Positions 29,390 to 40,117 of a stretch of DNA of 64,000 bases are shown piece after piece (positions within the stretch are counted from its first letter, which is position 1; every line of letters starts with the position of its first letter). The translations under genes and the position numbers were made by a program. Source of the stretch: Microcoleus sp. (lineage in GTDB: Bacteria > Cyanobacteriota > Cyanobacteriia > Cyanobacteriales > Microcoleaceae). The notes under the pieces were generated by a model. The model had not been told where the DNA came from, did not search any database, and saw only the letters and a program-made list of their open reading frames with translations. The stretch spans positions 4,768,001-4,832,000 of the forward strand of contig CP181291.1 in assembly GCA_052279835.1 (NCBI GenBank), in the 5' to 3' direction.

Positions 29390-31618
29390 TTATAACCTCC
29401 CGAAAAGTGGCTTAATCGTCACTCTCACCCACAGTTCGGAGTAAACTGGCTTGCCGCCCGATCGCGCAGGCTGAAATTCCCAGTCTCGGAACAGTTGTCT
29501 GGCGATCGCCTCGAAATTAAGGCTTTTGCCGGACGATGACCCTTGATTGCTACTAGCTTTAACATTACCGATCGCAGCAAGTCTCCCTCGATCGTCAATT
29601 TGCAAAAACACGTCCAAGCTTACAACCGACGAACCAATCTGCAAAACATCGATCTGTTTCTGATTTTGCCTCGGTCTGGCTAGTTGGTCGGGGATGTCCC
29701 TATTGCCGCCGCGGATACTGTTTAAATCTAAAGTAGCGATCGCACCAGAACTTTCTGGTGGCTGAGGAACCCTGACTGGCGATCGCCGAGGATTTGGCAG
29801 TGGAGATCTGGGATATGGTAATGGTTGCCGAATCGGGGCTGGAGAGGCGATCGGTCTGGGATATGGTAATGGTTCCCGAATCGGGCTCGGAGAGGCGATC
29901 GGTCTGGGATATGGTAATGGTTCCCGAATCGGGTTCGGAGAGGCGATCGGTCTGGGATATGGTAATGGTTGCTGAATCGGGCTCGGAGAGGCGATCGGTC
30001 TGGGATATGGTAATGGTTCCCGAATCGGGGCCGGAGAGGCGATCGGTCTGGGATATGGTAATGGTTCCCGAATCGGGGCCGGAGAAATTGGTGGTTTCTC
30101 AATGGGTTGTGAATTAGATTCGGGAGAAATTGGTGGTTTCTCAATGGGTTGTGAATTTGGTTCGGGAGAAATTGGTGGTTTCTCAATGGGTTGTGAATTT
30201 GGTTCGGGAGAAATTGGTGGTTTCTCAATGGGTTGTGAATTAGATTCGGGAGAAATTGGTGGTTTTTCAATGGGTTGTGAATTAGATTCGGGAGAAATTG
30301 GTGGTTTCTCAATGGGTTGTGAATTAGATTCGGGAGAAATTGGTGGTGCGGCTATTTGCCGTGGCTGAACAATAGCAATAGGCTCTTGAGAAACTATGGA
30401 TTCGGGTGGTGTCGATCGCTCCTGAACAACAGGAGCGCGATCAACTATTGATGTTGGTATTTGATCCTGTACACTTTTAGGATCGGTGATTGATTGGGGT
30501 TGGGGCTGCTGTTGAGTTACAGGATTTTGAGCAACTATTGATTGGGGTTGGGGCTGGGTTTCAATTAGAGGTTGTTGAACAGTGATTGATTGGGGTTGGG
30601 GCTGCTGTGGAGTTACAGTTTTTTTAGCAACTATGGATGTTTTTTTTGTCTGCTTGTCAATTGGTTTTGGAGCAATTGCTAATTGAGATGATGGAGGTAT
30701 AATTTTAATATTTTTGGCATTTTTTTTAATTTTGAAAACTTGAATAATTCTCTGATTTTTTTTAGGATAAAATCTGGATTTATTGGTTGAATAAGCTTCA
30801 ACTTTAGGTGAATTTACCCCCACAATTGATGGAGGTTTTGAATTAAATTTAATGGCAATCTTAGGCACTGGAACAATTGATGGAGGTTTTGACTGAACTT
30901 TAATTCCCGGTTTAGCCGCAGCAACAATTGATTGGGGTTGTGACTGGGGCTTCATTGTAGTTTTAGCCACAGCAACAATTGATTTGGGTTTAGATTGGGA
31001 TTTAATTTCTGGTTTAGCCACAACAGCAATTGATTTAGATTGAGACTTTGAAGCCACCACAGGCTTGAGCACAATTTGTGATTTATTTAAGGGTATTTTA
31101 ACGGAATACTGCCTAGGCACTGGCTGTTTTACCTGCTTATTTTTTAATTTTCTCACAGCAGTAAACGATGGGATTTTCTTTAAGGGTTTGGGAGTTTTTC
31201 TAATTTTTAAATTATTGCGTTTGGCTGGTGAAGTTAGGGTGATTTTGTCCTGATTTTTGGAAATATTTGCCGATTTTAAAGCAGTGGGTGTGGATTTGGT
31301 GATTTTTTTAGGTACATCATTAGCCACAAGTATGGACTTTTTTGCAACTATTTGTTTTGAAACTGGCGGCGAAGTTCGTACTTTATTTATATTGGCTGGC
31401 TTGGGTTCAGGAGATTTTTGAGATGGGGTAATTTCAATTAAATTGACAGCAGCCGATCGACTTTCTGGTACAATCTGAGAGCGAATTATGCTCAGGCGTA
31501 AGATCCAGAAAACCAGTCCATGTAAAAAAACAGACCCTAAAATCGCAACTATCCACAGCATTGGCGGATCGGATCGCTTTTGCTGATTAAAGGTTTTGGT
31601 AGAAGTTTGAGAATTCAT
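29390..31618 (-). CDS. TonB-like protein with very long Pro/Lys-rich repetitive linker
   Basis: N-terminal TM helix with SxxxH (SVFLHGL). C-terminal LQIDDRG...DWEFQPA..GGKPV resembles TonB_C. Confidence 0.72.
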   Translation of the reverse strand: MNSQTSTKTFNQQKRSDPPMLWIVAILGSVFLHGLVFWILRLSIIRSQIVPESRSAAVNLIEITPSQKSPEPKPANINKVRTSPPVSKQIVAKKSILVANDVPKKITKSTPTALKSANISKNQDKITLTSPAKRNNLKIRKTPKPLKKIPSFTAVRKLKNKQVKQPVPRQYSVKIPLNKSQIVLKPVVASKSQSKSIAVVAKPEIKSQSKPKSIVAVAKTTMKPQSQPQSIVAAAKPGIKVQSKPPSIVPVPKIAIKFNSKPPSIVGVNSPKVEAYSTNKSRFYPKKNQRIIQVFKIKKNAKNIKIIPPSSQLAIAPKPIDKQTKKTSIVAKKTVTPQQPQPQSITVQQPLIETQPQPQSIVAQNPVTQQQPQPQSITDPKSVQDQIPTSIVDRAPVVQERSTPPESIVSQEPIAIVQPRQIAAPPISPESNSQPIEKPPISPESNSQPIEKPPISPESNSQPIEKPPISPEPNSQPIEKPPISPEPNSQPIEKPPISPESNSQPIEKPPISPAPIREPLPYPRPIASPAPIREPLPYPRPIASPSPIQQPLPYPRPIASPNPIREPLPYPRPIASPSPIREPLPYPRPIASPAPIRQPLPYPRSPLPNPRRSPVRVPQPPESSGAIATLDLNSIRGGNRDIPDQLARPRQNQKQIDVLQIGSSVVSLDVFLQIDDRGRLAAIGNVKASSNQGSSSGKSLNFEAIARQLFRDWEFQPARSGGKPVYSELWVRVTIKPLFGRL
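29808..30345 (-). repeat. Intragenic tandem repeats: 48-bp x about 6 (ASPAPIREPLPYPRPI) and 42-bp x about 6 (ISPESNSQPIEKPP)
   Basis: Near-identical in-frame units. Confidence 0.95.
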
Positions 31619-31787
31619 GGGTAAGACGCAGGAATTTAAAGCTATTTGTTGGTGATCGGTTCCTTTTTGCCCCATACGTTTGAGTTGCAGTTAAATCCGG
31701 ATGGGATTAGTGAAAATAGAATATCAAAAACCCCAACTTCTTCAATAAGTCGGGGCTCTAAGGGAATTTTATGGTTGTTGGGAAAAT

Positions 31788-33821
31788 TTAGGGGTGAAAA
31801 TAATCGTAAATTTGTTGTGCTAGACGCGGGCCAATTCCAGGTACTTCCGTCAATTGTTCGGGTGTAGCTAAGCGCAGATAGTCGATGGACCGAAAATGCG
31901 CTAATAATTGTTTTTGTCGGTGGTGTCCCAAACCGGAAATTTCATCAAGTCGCGATCGCTTCATTCTCCCACTTCTTTGTTCTCTGTGAAAACTGACTGC
32001 AAATCTGTGCGCTTCATCCCGCACCCGACGTAATAATTGTACCCCAGGCTGTTCGGCATCAGTGGGCAGTGGCAAAGATTCCCCCGGTAGAAATATCTCT
32101 TCTCGCTGCTTTGCTAAACTCACAACGCGCAACTCTTCTAGCAAATTCATCTCTCGCAAAACTGCTACCACTGCTGAAAGTTGACCTTTCCCTCCATCTA
32201 TCATTATTAAGTCTGGTTTGTCAACAATCTCATTATCAACTGTAGATAAACTGCTTATTTCTTCCTTCTTCAATCCTCCCTTGGTGGGGGTAGGGGTGGG
32301 TTCTTCTTCTATCCTTCCCTTGGGAGGGGATTCCTTCTTCCCTCGAAAGCGACGACCAAGAACTTCTGCTAAACTAGCAAAATCGTCCGAATGACCTGAT
32401 TTTATTTCAGGATTCTTAATTTTGTAGTGGCGGTAGTGTTGATTGGCTGGTAAACCGTCAATAAATACGACGCGGGAAGCTACCGCATCAGAACCTTGAA
32501 TGTGAGAAATATCATAACCTTCAATGCGGTGGGGAATTTCGGGCAAATCGAGAATTTCTGCTAAATCTTGCATGGCTTGAGAATTGCGATCGCTCAATCT
32601 TTGCATTCTTGCCAATTCATACTCAGCATTGCGTTCTACCATCTCAATTAACTCTGCTTTGGTTTGCCGCTGGGGTGTCAAAATCGTTACTTTTCGCCCC
32701 TTGAGGTTGCTCAACCAATCTGCTAGAATTTCCCCTTCTGGCAAGTCATATTGCACTGAAATTTCGCTGGGAATTTCTACAGATTCAACATTTTGATAAT
32801 GTTCCTCCAATACCCGCTGCAAAATCGCTCCAGCTTCTACCCCGCCTGGTTCTCCCTGTTGGTAAGGGGGGGAGGAAAGAGAAGATTGAAACAACTCTTG
32901 CCCTTCCTTTGCAAGGGCGGGTTGGGGCGGAATCTCTGCCATAAATCCCAATCTTCCGACTAATTGGCCGGCACGAATTTGGAATAGTTGAATGCAAGCG
33001 TGCTGGGTGTCCGCAGCCAGGGCGATCGCATCTCTGGAAACAGTATCATCAGGTAAAGATACTTTTTGACCTGCGCTCAAAGACTGCAAACCTTTAATTT
33101 GGTCTCGAATTCGCGCCGCCATTTCAAAGTTTAAATCTGTCGCTGCTTGTTCCATTTGTGGTTCCAGGATATCCACTAATTCCTGAGTCCTTCCCTGAAA
33201 AATCATCGCTACTTTTTGGATGATTTTGCGATAATCTTCCGCAGATACTAACCCTTGACAAACGCCCACGCAACGGCCGATATCGTAGTTCAAACAAGGA
33301 CGGTCTTTAAAGAGCGGTTGAGGGCGCTGCCGCAGGGGGAAAATCCGCTTGATTAAATGCAGCGTACTCCGCAGCGCGCCTGTATCGACGTAGGGGCCGT
33401 AGTAGCGGTCTTTGGCATTACCTGCGCGGCGTTTGCGGGTGATGAAAATGCGCGGGTATTCTTCTGACCAAGTTATGCACAAATAGGGATATTTTTTATC
33501 ATCTTTGAGGAGGACATTAAAGTAAGGTTGGTGCTGCTTGACAAGGTTTGCTTCTAATGCTAAAGCTTCGGCTTCTGTATCGGTGGCGATGAATTCTATT
33601 TCGCGGACTTGTTGCACCATCATGGCGATGCGGGGACTGAGATTTTGGCTTTCGCGAAAATAGGAACGGACGCGGTTTCTGAGTTTTTTTGATTTGCCGA
33701 TGTAAAGGATGCGATCGCTCTCATCTCGCATTAAATATACACCGGGAACTGGCGGAATTTCTTTGAGGCGACTTTCCAAGCGTTCTGCATCTTTAACTAG
33801 CGGCAGAGTTTTTGAGATCAT
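31788..33821 (-). CDS. uvrC: Excinuclease ABC subunit C
   Basis: GIY-YIG ([14 protein letters not shown]), UVR domain, [17 protein letters not shown] and HhH motifs. Confidence 0.97.
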   Translation of the reverse strand: MISKTLPLVKDAERLESRLKEIPPVPGVYLMRDESDRILYIGKSKKLRNRVRSYFRESQNLSPRIAMMVQQVREIEFIATDTEAEALALEANLVKQHQPYFNVLLKDDKKYPYLCITWSEEYPRIFITRKRRAGNAKDRYYGPYVDTGALRSTLHLIKRIFPLRQRPQPLFKDRPCLNYDIGRCVGVCQGLVSAEDYRKIIQKVAMIFQGRTQELVDILEPQMEQAATDLNFEMAARIRDQIKGLQSLSAGQKVSLPDDTVSRDAIALAADTQHACIQLFQIRAGQLVGRLGFMAEIPPQPALAKEGQELFQSSLSSPPYQQGEPGGVEAGAILQRVLEEHYQNVESVEIPSEISVQYDLPEGEILADWLSNLKGRKVTILTPQRQTKAELIEMVERNAEYELARMQRLSDRNSQAMQDLAEILDLPEIPHRIEGYDISHIQGSDAVASRVVFIDGLPANQHYRHYKIKNPEIKSGHSDDFASLAEVLGRRFRGKKESPPKGRIEEEPTPTPTKGGLKKEEISSLSTVDNEIVDKPDLIMIDGGKGQLSAVVAVLREMNLLEELRVVSLAKQREEIFLPGESLPLPTDAEQPGVQLLRRVRDEAHRFAVSFHREQRSGRMKRSRLDEISGLGHHRQKQLLAHFRSIDYLRLATPEQLTEVPGIGPRLAQQIYDYFHP

Positions 33822-33961
33822 TAGTTATTAGTTATCGGTTATTGGTTATCTTAATAGGAATTTAACTTTGAGGTAGGGGTTTCAACCCATGACGGAATAT
33901 TGTTTGTACGTTAATTTGACATCAATGTCCTATTCCCAATGCCCGATGCCCAATTCCCAAT

Positions 33962-34714
33962 TTATAATATCTGAGATAAAAACTTCCGGGTACGTTCTTC
34001 TTTAGGATTCTGAAAAAACTCTTCTGGGTCTGCTTCTTCGACTAAAACTCCGCCATCCATTAACACAATGCGATCGGCAACTTCACGGGCAAACCCGACT
34101 TCGTGAGTCACCACTACCATTGTAATTCCTGTTTTAGCTAAATTTCGCATCACATCTAAAACTTCTCGTACCATTTCTGGATCTAATGCTGATGTCGGTT
34201 CGTCAAACAGCATGATTTTAGGCTGCATCGCCAAAGAACGGGCAATTGCTACCCGCTGCTGTTGTCCCCCAGAAAGTTGTCCCGGATATTTTTGTGCTTG
34301 CGACAAAATCCCGACTCTTTCTAACAGTTGCATGGCTATTTCTTCAGCTTTTTTCTTCGGCCAGCGGCGCACCCAGACGGGGGCTAGCATGACGTTTTGC
34401 AATACTGATAGATGGGGAAACAGGTTGAATTGCTGAAATACCATTCCTACTTCCCGGCGAATTGTTTCGATGTTGCGTAAATCGTGGGAAAGTTCGATGC
34501 CGTCGATCGTAATTTTACCTTGTTGGTATTCTTCTAAGGCGTTAAAGGTGCGAATAAATGTGGATTTTCCCGAACCGGATGGACCCATGACGACGACGAC
34601 TTCGCCTCGGTTGACGTTCATGCTGACACCGCGCAGTACGTGAAATTGTCCGTACCATTTGTGGACGCTTTCTGCAATGATTACTGGTTCTGGGCTTGTT
34701 TGCTGAGTTTCCAT
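33962..34714 (-). CDS. Polar amino-acid ABC transporter ATP-binding protein (AapP-like)
   Basis: [17 protein letters not shown] and [11 protein letters not shown] motifs. Confidence 0.95.
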   Translation of the reverse strand: METQQTSPEPVIIAESVHKWYGQFHVLRGVSMNVNRGEVVVVMGPSGSGKSTFIRTFNALEEYQQGKITIDGIELSHDLRNIETIRREVGMVFQQFNLFPHLSVLQNVMLAPVWVRRWPKKKAEEIAMQLLERVGILSQAQKYPGQLSGGQQQRVAIARSLAMQPKIMLFDEPTSALDPEMVREVLDVMRNLAKTGITMVVVTHEVGFAREVADRIVLMDGGVLVEEADPEEFFQNPKEERTRKFLSQIL

Positions 34715-34776
34715 AATTTTTTTATTTTTTAACCGCTGATGCTAGCTGATACACGCGGATGAACGCAGATAAATAT

Positions 34777-36006
34777 TTACCGCTGACCTACTCCCAAACT
34801 TCGCTCTATTTTGCGGCTGGCTAGAGACATTGAGTAACAAAATACCCAATAGATAATGCCTATGAATATGTAAACTTCGGCGTACCTGCCAATATAGGAT
34901 GGATTTGCTAAAACTGCGCGGGATATGCCAATTAATTCTAACATTCCGAATAGGGAAAGTAGGGAGGTGTCCATGAATAATCCGATGAATTGTCCGCCGA
35001 TCGCCGGAATGACGGTTCGCAATGCTTGAGGGAGTACAATTAAGAGTGTGAGTAGAGGTGTATTTAGCCCGATCGCCCTTGCTGCTTCTATTTGTCCTCT
35101 GGGTACTGCCTGCAAACCGCCACGGACGTTTTCAGCTAAGTATGCTGCACTAAATAATGTTAATCCAGCAATGGCTCTAATGACTCTATCTAATTTGGGA
35201 TATTCTGGCGGCAAGAAGAGTTGCAGCATGACTTGACCTAAAAACAAAATGCCAATTAACGGCAAACCCCGAATAATTTCAATGTATAATGTGGATAAAA
35301 GTTTTACAACTGGTAAAGAGCTTTGTCTGCCGAGGGCTAGCAATACTCCCAAAGGAAAAGAAAGCACTATACTAATTACTGCTAAAAAAAGCGTCAATAC
35401 TAAACCGCCCCAATCGTTTGTCGAGACTTCTTTCAAGCCTAAACCGCCTTTAATTAACCACAAAATTAGTGGGAATGAAACAGCCCAAGCTGCGGGCATC
35501 CAGTTAATTCCCCTCAGCTCCCCCTTCTGGGGCGAGGGCGGGTTGGGGTTCATTTGTCTACCCACAAAATAGCTGGCAGCGGCTATGATAATATCTCCTA
35601 GCAAGTAAAGCCGGGAGGTAAGGTCGATCGGCGAAATTACCGCGCCGACAACCCCAGCACCGAGTAAAATCAGTAATGGCGGATTCCACAGCCTTTCTTG
35701 GCGCTGAATGTTTCCCCAAGTTAAGCCTGCTAGCAAGGTAATTATTCCGGTTACTATCCACAGCCGCCAATAGGATTCGCTGGGAAATCTGCCGACAAAA
35801 AATAGCGGCAAATTAGCTTCTAATACCCGCCATTGAGCTTTTGTAGTTGCCCAAACGATAATTCCGGTAATGACTTGGAAACTAACAATCAGACAAATCA
35901 CTGTCAAAATGCTGTTGTACCAGGTACTAAATAAATTTTTACGGGCCCAATTTCCCGGAGTGGGTGATTCGGCGGCTGGGGGCGGCAATACGGGGAGAGT
36001 TTCCAT
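34777..36006 (-). CDS. Amino-acid ABC transporter permease (AapM/NatH-like)
   Basis: YIEIIRGLP and the EAA loop AENVRGGLQAVPRGQIEAA. Confidence 0.93.
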   Translation of the reverse strand: METLPVLPPPAAESPTPGNWARKNLFSTWYNSILTVICLIVSFQVITGIIVWATTKAQWRVLEANLPLFFVGRFPSESYWRLWIVTGIITLLAGLTWGNIQRQERLWNPPLLILLGAGVVGAVISPIDLTSRLYLLGDIIIAAASYFVGRQMNPNPPSPQKGELRGINWMPAAWAVSFPLILWLIKGGLGLKEVSTNDWGGLVLTLFLAVISIVLSFPLGVLLALGRQSSLPVVKLLSTLYIEIIRGLPLIGILFLGQVMLQLFLPPEYPKLDRVIRAIAGLTLFSAAYLAENVRGGLQAVPRGQIEAARAIGLNTPLLTLLIVLPQALRTVIPAIGGQFIGLFMDTSLLSLFGMLELIGISRAVLANPSYIGRYAEVYIFIGIIYWVFCYSMSLASRKIERSLGVGQR

Positions 36007-36096
36007 ATAGCGTTTTTCAATCCTATATTGTGTTAAGCGGCTTTCGGCGGGTTTTGTTTATGTAGACGCGATGGGAAATCGCCACGGAAAAAAAAC

Positions 36097-36618
36097 TTAT
36101 TTTCGCCGATTTATCCAATCTTCCCCACCAGGTAACTGACTTAAATACTCGGCTAACACTGCTGGTAAATCTTTGGCAGAATGGATATAAGTCAAGTTCA
36201 ATAACTTCACAGCAGTCTGAATAATCAGGTTTCTATTCATCATCTCTGCAAGTTGAAATTGAGTATAATCGCCGTTGAATACTTCCTCCGCAGCCTCTGC
36301 AATCGCATCCTCAATCACCTCCTCTTCTATGAAATTAACCCATTCATCAGAATTGATATAATAAGATGTTTTATTATCTTTAATGTTTACCTTTTTAATT
36401 TCTCTAATTGAATTCCGAATCGAACTTGCCCAAGAACCTGTTAATCGCTGTTCAACTTGATTTTTAATCAAGTGAATCAGCAAAACATTTAAAAAAGATT
36501 GGATTTGACGCAAAATTGCTTGTTTGCTCATGCCATCTAACTCATCGACAATTGCCAAAGCATCTGTATACCTTCCTGCCAATATGCTAGCTCTAAGAGC
36601 GATTAATTCTTGTGTCAT
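36097..36618 (-). CDS. DUF29 family protein
   Basis: LLIHLIK...SWASSIRNS motif. Confidence 0.8.
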   Translation of the reverse strand: MTQELIALRASILAGRYTDALAIVDELDGMSKQAILRQIQSFLNVLLIHLIKNQVEQRLTGSWASSIRNSIREIKKVNIKDNKTSYYINSDEWVNFIEEEVIEDAIAEAAEEVFNGDYTQFQLAEMMNRNLIIQTAVKLLNLTYIHSAKDLPAVLAEYLSQLPGGEDWINRRK

Positions 36619-36668
36619 TCGACCCACTCTCCTTGGATTCCCAGTAAAATAATTTTAATTTAAACTCG

Positions 36669-37829
36669 TTATCTTTCCTTGAGTTGTACAGTTTGATTGT
36701 ACCAATTCATAAATAGAGAAATGATTAAGCTAATAGTGAGATATGTTACCATGATAATTAACATGGCTTCGATCGCCCTTCCGGTTTGATTCAGGGTTGG
36801 GGAAGCCACCACAAAGTAAACGTCGGGATAGGCGATCGCCACTGCTAAACTAGAATTCTTAGCTAAATTCAAATACTGGCTGGTTAACGGCGGAATAATT
36901 ACCCGCAAAGCTTGAGGCAAAATTATCAACCGCATCATGGTTCCAGATTTCAATCCCAAAGACTTCGCTGCTTCCATCTGCCCTCTTGGGACTGATTGAA
37001 TTCCGGCGCGGACAATTTCGGCAATGTAACTTCCAGTATACAAGCTGAGTCCTGTCACTAGGGCTGCAAATTCTGGAGTTAATTTCAATCCTCCTTCCAG
37101 TTGCAATTCTGGTGTGAGACGGGGAACATCTAAGCGAAAAGGCAGATTTTTGGTAATAATCAAAGCTGAGATTGCACTTAGAGCGATCGCACTTAATGCC
37201 CAAAGCAACTGTCTTCCTGGCTGCGCTTGTTCTATCATAACGCGGGCGCGCCACTGCCACAGAAAAGCCGCCGCCAAAACTCCGATAGTTAGCAAAATCA
37301 ACCAAATTTCAAAACCAGGCAAAGTCGCCAGCCAAGGCAGTGCAATACCGCGATTTGTCAAGTACACTGGGCCACTCATCTGCTGATTTTCTTCCAGCTT
37401 GGGTAGGGAAATGAAGACTGCAAAATACCAAAAAAATAATTGCAGCAACAACGGTGTATTGCGGATAATTTCTACATATAATCCTGCTAAACTTCGCAGC
37501 AACCAGTTGTCAGAAAGCCGCGAGATTCCTACAGTCAAACCTGCAATGGTTGCTAGAACTATACCAATTACCATCACTCGCAATGAGTTAACCAAACCGA
37601 CAATATAAGCTTGTTTATAACTATTTTCTGGATTGTAAGCAATTACTTTTTCACCAATATCAAAGGATGCTTGGGAATTGAGGAAGTCAAATCCGAAGGC
37701 GATGCCTAGTTGTGAATAATTGGCGCTGAGATTATCCCATAAAATTGCACCGACAACTATTACTAAAATTAGGGCGATCGCCTGTCCTGCAATTTTCCAA
37801 AACCGATCGTCTCTCAGCAGTTTAATCAT
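36669..37829 (-). CDS. Amino-acid ABC transporter permease (AapQ/NatG-like)
   Basis: YVEIIRNTPLLLQL, AEIVRAGIQSV and KNSSLA motifs. Confidence 0.93.
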   Translation of the reverse strand: MIKLLRDDRFWKIAGQAIALILVIVVGAILWDNLSANYSQLGIAFGFDFLNSQASFDIGEKVIAYNPENSYKQAYIVGLVNSLRVMVIGIVLATIAGLTVGISRLSDNWLLRSLAGLYVEIIRNTPLLLQLFFWYFAVFISLPKLEENQQMSGPVYLTNRGIALPWLATLPGFEIWLILLTIGVLAAAFLWQWRARVMIEQAQPGRQLLWALSAIALSAISALIITKNLPFRLDVPRLTPELQLEGGLKLTPEFAALVTGLSLYTGSYIAEIVRAGIQSVPRGQMEAAKSLGLKSGTMMRLIILPQALRVIIPPLTSQYLNLAKNSSLAVAIAYPDVYFVVASPTLNQTGRAIEAMLIIMVTYLTISLIISLFMNWYNQTVQLKER

Positions 37830-37892
37830 ATTGGTTATTTGTTATTGGTTATTTGTTGTTTGTTATTTGTTGTTTGTTGTTTTTTATGGGTT

Positions 37893-37989
37893 ATATTGTT
37901 GAACGTTGCATCGGAATGATTTAACCGCAGAGAACACAGAGGAAGAGAATAGAGAGATGAATTATTCAGATGAACAGAATATTTGATAT
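37893..37989. repeat. Dispersed MITE-like repeat (copy 1)
   Basis: Similar to 56736-56839, with an AACCRCAGAGAACACAGAGG core. Confidence 0.65.
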
Positions 37990-38136
37990 TAGGGGTTATT
38001 TGTTATTGGCTGGGTCGCTCACACAGTCGAAGGGTTATTGATTATTGGTTGTTAGTTGTTAGTGATTTTACCAATCACTAATGACTAATGACTGCTGACT
38101 AATAACCAATAACCAATAACCAATAACTGACAAAAA

Positions 38137-39240
38137 TTAGCGGAACGGTGGCGAGTACATCAAACCTCCATCTTTCCAGAGTTTGTTTTGACCCCGGTCT
38201 AGTTTGAGTGTACTTTTGGGCCCGATATTGCGATCGTACATTTCGCCATAATTGCCCACTTTTTTCACAATGCGAGCAGCGTAGTCGTTCGGGAGTCCTA
38301 AACCTTTACCCAAATCTCCTTCTTTTCCTAGCAAACGTTTGACGTTGGGGTCTGTACTGCTGGCTACAATTTGGTCTACATTTGTGGAATTAATGCCCAA
38401 ATCTTCCGCTTCTATCGCTGCAAAAATGATCCACCTCACCGCATCTGACCATTTAGGATCGCCGCTTTTTACGGCTGGGGCTAAAGGTTCTTTTGACATC
38501 ACTTCTGGCAAAATCACGTTGTTTTCGGAAGTGGGTAGAGTGGTGCGTTTGGAGACAAGTTGCGATCGATCGGCTGTGACTCCCTGACAGCGGCCTTCTT
38601 GATAGGTAGCAAAGGTAGCATTCACATCTTCAAAAACGACTGGAGTGTATTTAACTCCCAATTTTCGCATTTGGTCGGATAAGTTTTGTTCGGTACTGGT
38701 ACCTGTTTGGACGCAGATGGATTTACCTGCAAAATCTTTTAAGCTCTTAATACCGCTGTCTTTTTTGACCATGATGCTTTGAGAGTCATAAAAGATGACA
38801 GGGGCAAATTCGAGCCCGGTGGTGCTGTCGCGACTGACTGTGTAGGTGGTGTTGCGACTGAGAATGTCTATTTCCCCCGCTTGCAAAACTGTAAATCTTT
38901 CTTTGGCGTTGAGATTGCGGTATTCTACTTTCTCAGGATCGTCAAATATTGCGGCCGCGATCGCTCTGCATACATCTACATCTAATCCTGAATATTTACC
39001 CTTTTCATCTACAAAGCTAAAACCCGGTAGTTGGCCACTGACTCCACAAATTAGTTTTCCACGACTCAGAATCGTATCTATCCGACTTTGCCCTTGTTGC
39101 GATTTGCCTTCGGTAGCAGTTGTTTGTGCTGCTTGTCCGGTTTGTGGTGTTTGTCCTGTTTGTAGCGATCGATCCCTACAAGCTGTCAATGGTAACACCA
39201 TTAACATAGTTGCCCACAACAGAAATTTCCATTTACGCAT
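38137..39240 (-). CDS. Amino-acid ABC transporter substrate-binding lipoprotein (AapJ/NatF-like)
   Basis: LTAC lipobox; CGVSGQLPGFS, SKEPLAP, VGNYGE and YSPPFR motifs. Confidence 0.93.
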   Translation of the reverse strand: MRKWKFLLWATMLMVLPLTACRDRSLQTGQTPQTGQAAQTTATEGKSQQGQSRIDTILSRGKLICGVSGQLPGFSFVDEKGKYSGLDVDVCRAIAAAIFDDPEKVEYRNLNAKERFTVLQAGEIDILSRNTTYTVSRDSTTGLEFAPVIFYDSQSIMVKKDSGIKSLKDFAGKSICVQTGTSTEQNLSDQMRKLGVKYTPVVFEDVNATFATYQEGRCQGVTADRSQLVSKRTTLPTSENNVILPEVMSKEPLAPAVKSGDPKWSDAVRWIIFAAIEAEDLGINSTNVDQIVASSTDPNVKRLLGKEGDLGKGLGLPNDYAARIVKKVGNYGEMYDRNIGPKSTLKLDRGQNKLWKDGGLMYSPPFR

Positions 39241-39556
39241 AGGTTTTAGTAGAACGCTTTCCTGACAATCGTACCTTGTCGCTGACGATAACTGTGGTCG
39301 ATCGCACCTCATACTAAATTTGCGTTAAGAACCCCTATTTATCCAGGATGAGAGGGTGGATAAATTAGCGCGATCGACCAAAAAGGCGGTGCATCACCGG
39401 GATTTGCTATCACTGAAAATTCTAGCTTCAGAATCGGCTGTTTGCGCCCGGAATTGCACAGCGCTAGCCCAGGGACAACCCGCTGGTGATTTTTTTGGCT
39501 TGAAGAGCGATCGCCCCCTTTCCCGGTAATATTTATACGATCCCGATTCAAGAGAA

Positions 39557-39784
39557 TCACAATAGCTCAGGGGCTAGTCGCTGCTCTGCTAAATCGCGGA
39601 TGAGAGAAAGCCGAGACTGGATGTACTCATCTAACACATCTGCTTCTTTACCATTAAGCGCAGAGTTCATCTTCAACTGTTTGAGTAACCACTGTACCAA
39701 GGTGGCATCATCCAAAGTTACCAACAGAGTGGCTTGGCTGGTTTCAATTACTGACCAGAGTTGACGTAACATGACTGGAGTCAT
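39557..39784 (-). CDS. Conserved cyanobacterial hypothetical protein
   Basis: MTP..LRQLWS.IE.....L..LDD..LV.WL...RL.LIRDLA pattern. Confidence 0.7.
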   Translation of the reverse strand: MTPVMLRQLWSVIETSQATLLVTLDDATLVQWLLKQLKMNSALNGKEADVLDEYIQSRLSLIRDLAEQRLAPELL

Positions 39785-40117
39785 AAAATCTCCTTGAGGG
39801 TGAATACCCCTTAGATGGGCGGGCATAACGAGAAGTTGGTCTTCGTGTTTGGAGCCGATAGACGAAAAGCACCTTAAGAGCGATCGACTTAATGATTATT
39901 TTATATTTCACCACAATAACTCAAAAGAGTAGTGTCCAGGGCTACAACATACAAGACGTTATAAGACTGTCAAATCTCTTGACATATAAATAAAAATATT
40001 GATTAAACTTTAAAAAAATTTACATGAACTCCCGCGTGAGGCAGGGCTGTTTCATTCTCTTGTAGTGGCAGCTCATAGTGGCTGACCCGATAGATGGTCA
40101 AATCTAAGATTTAATCT

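Noticed and set aside
29728..30368. Repetitive alternative-frame and antisense ORFs
   Set aside because: They are shadow frames of the tandem repeats in the TonB-like gene.
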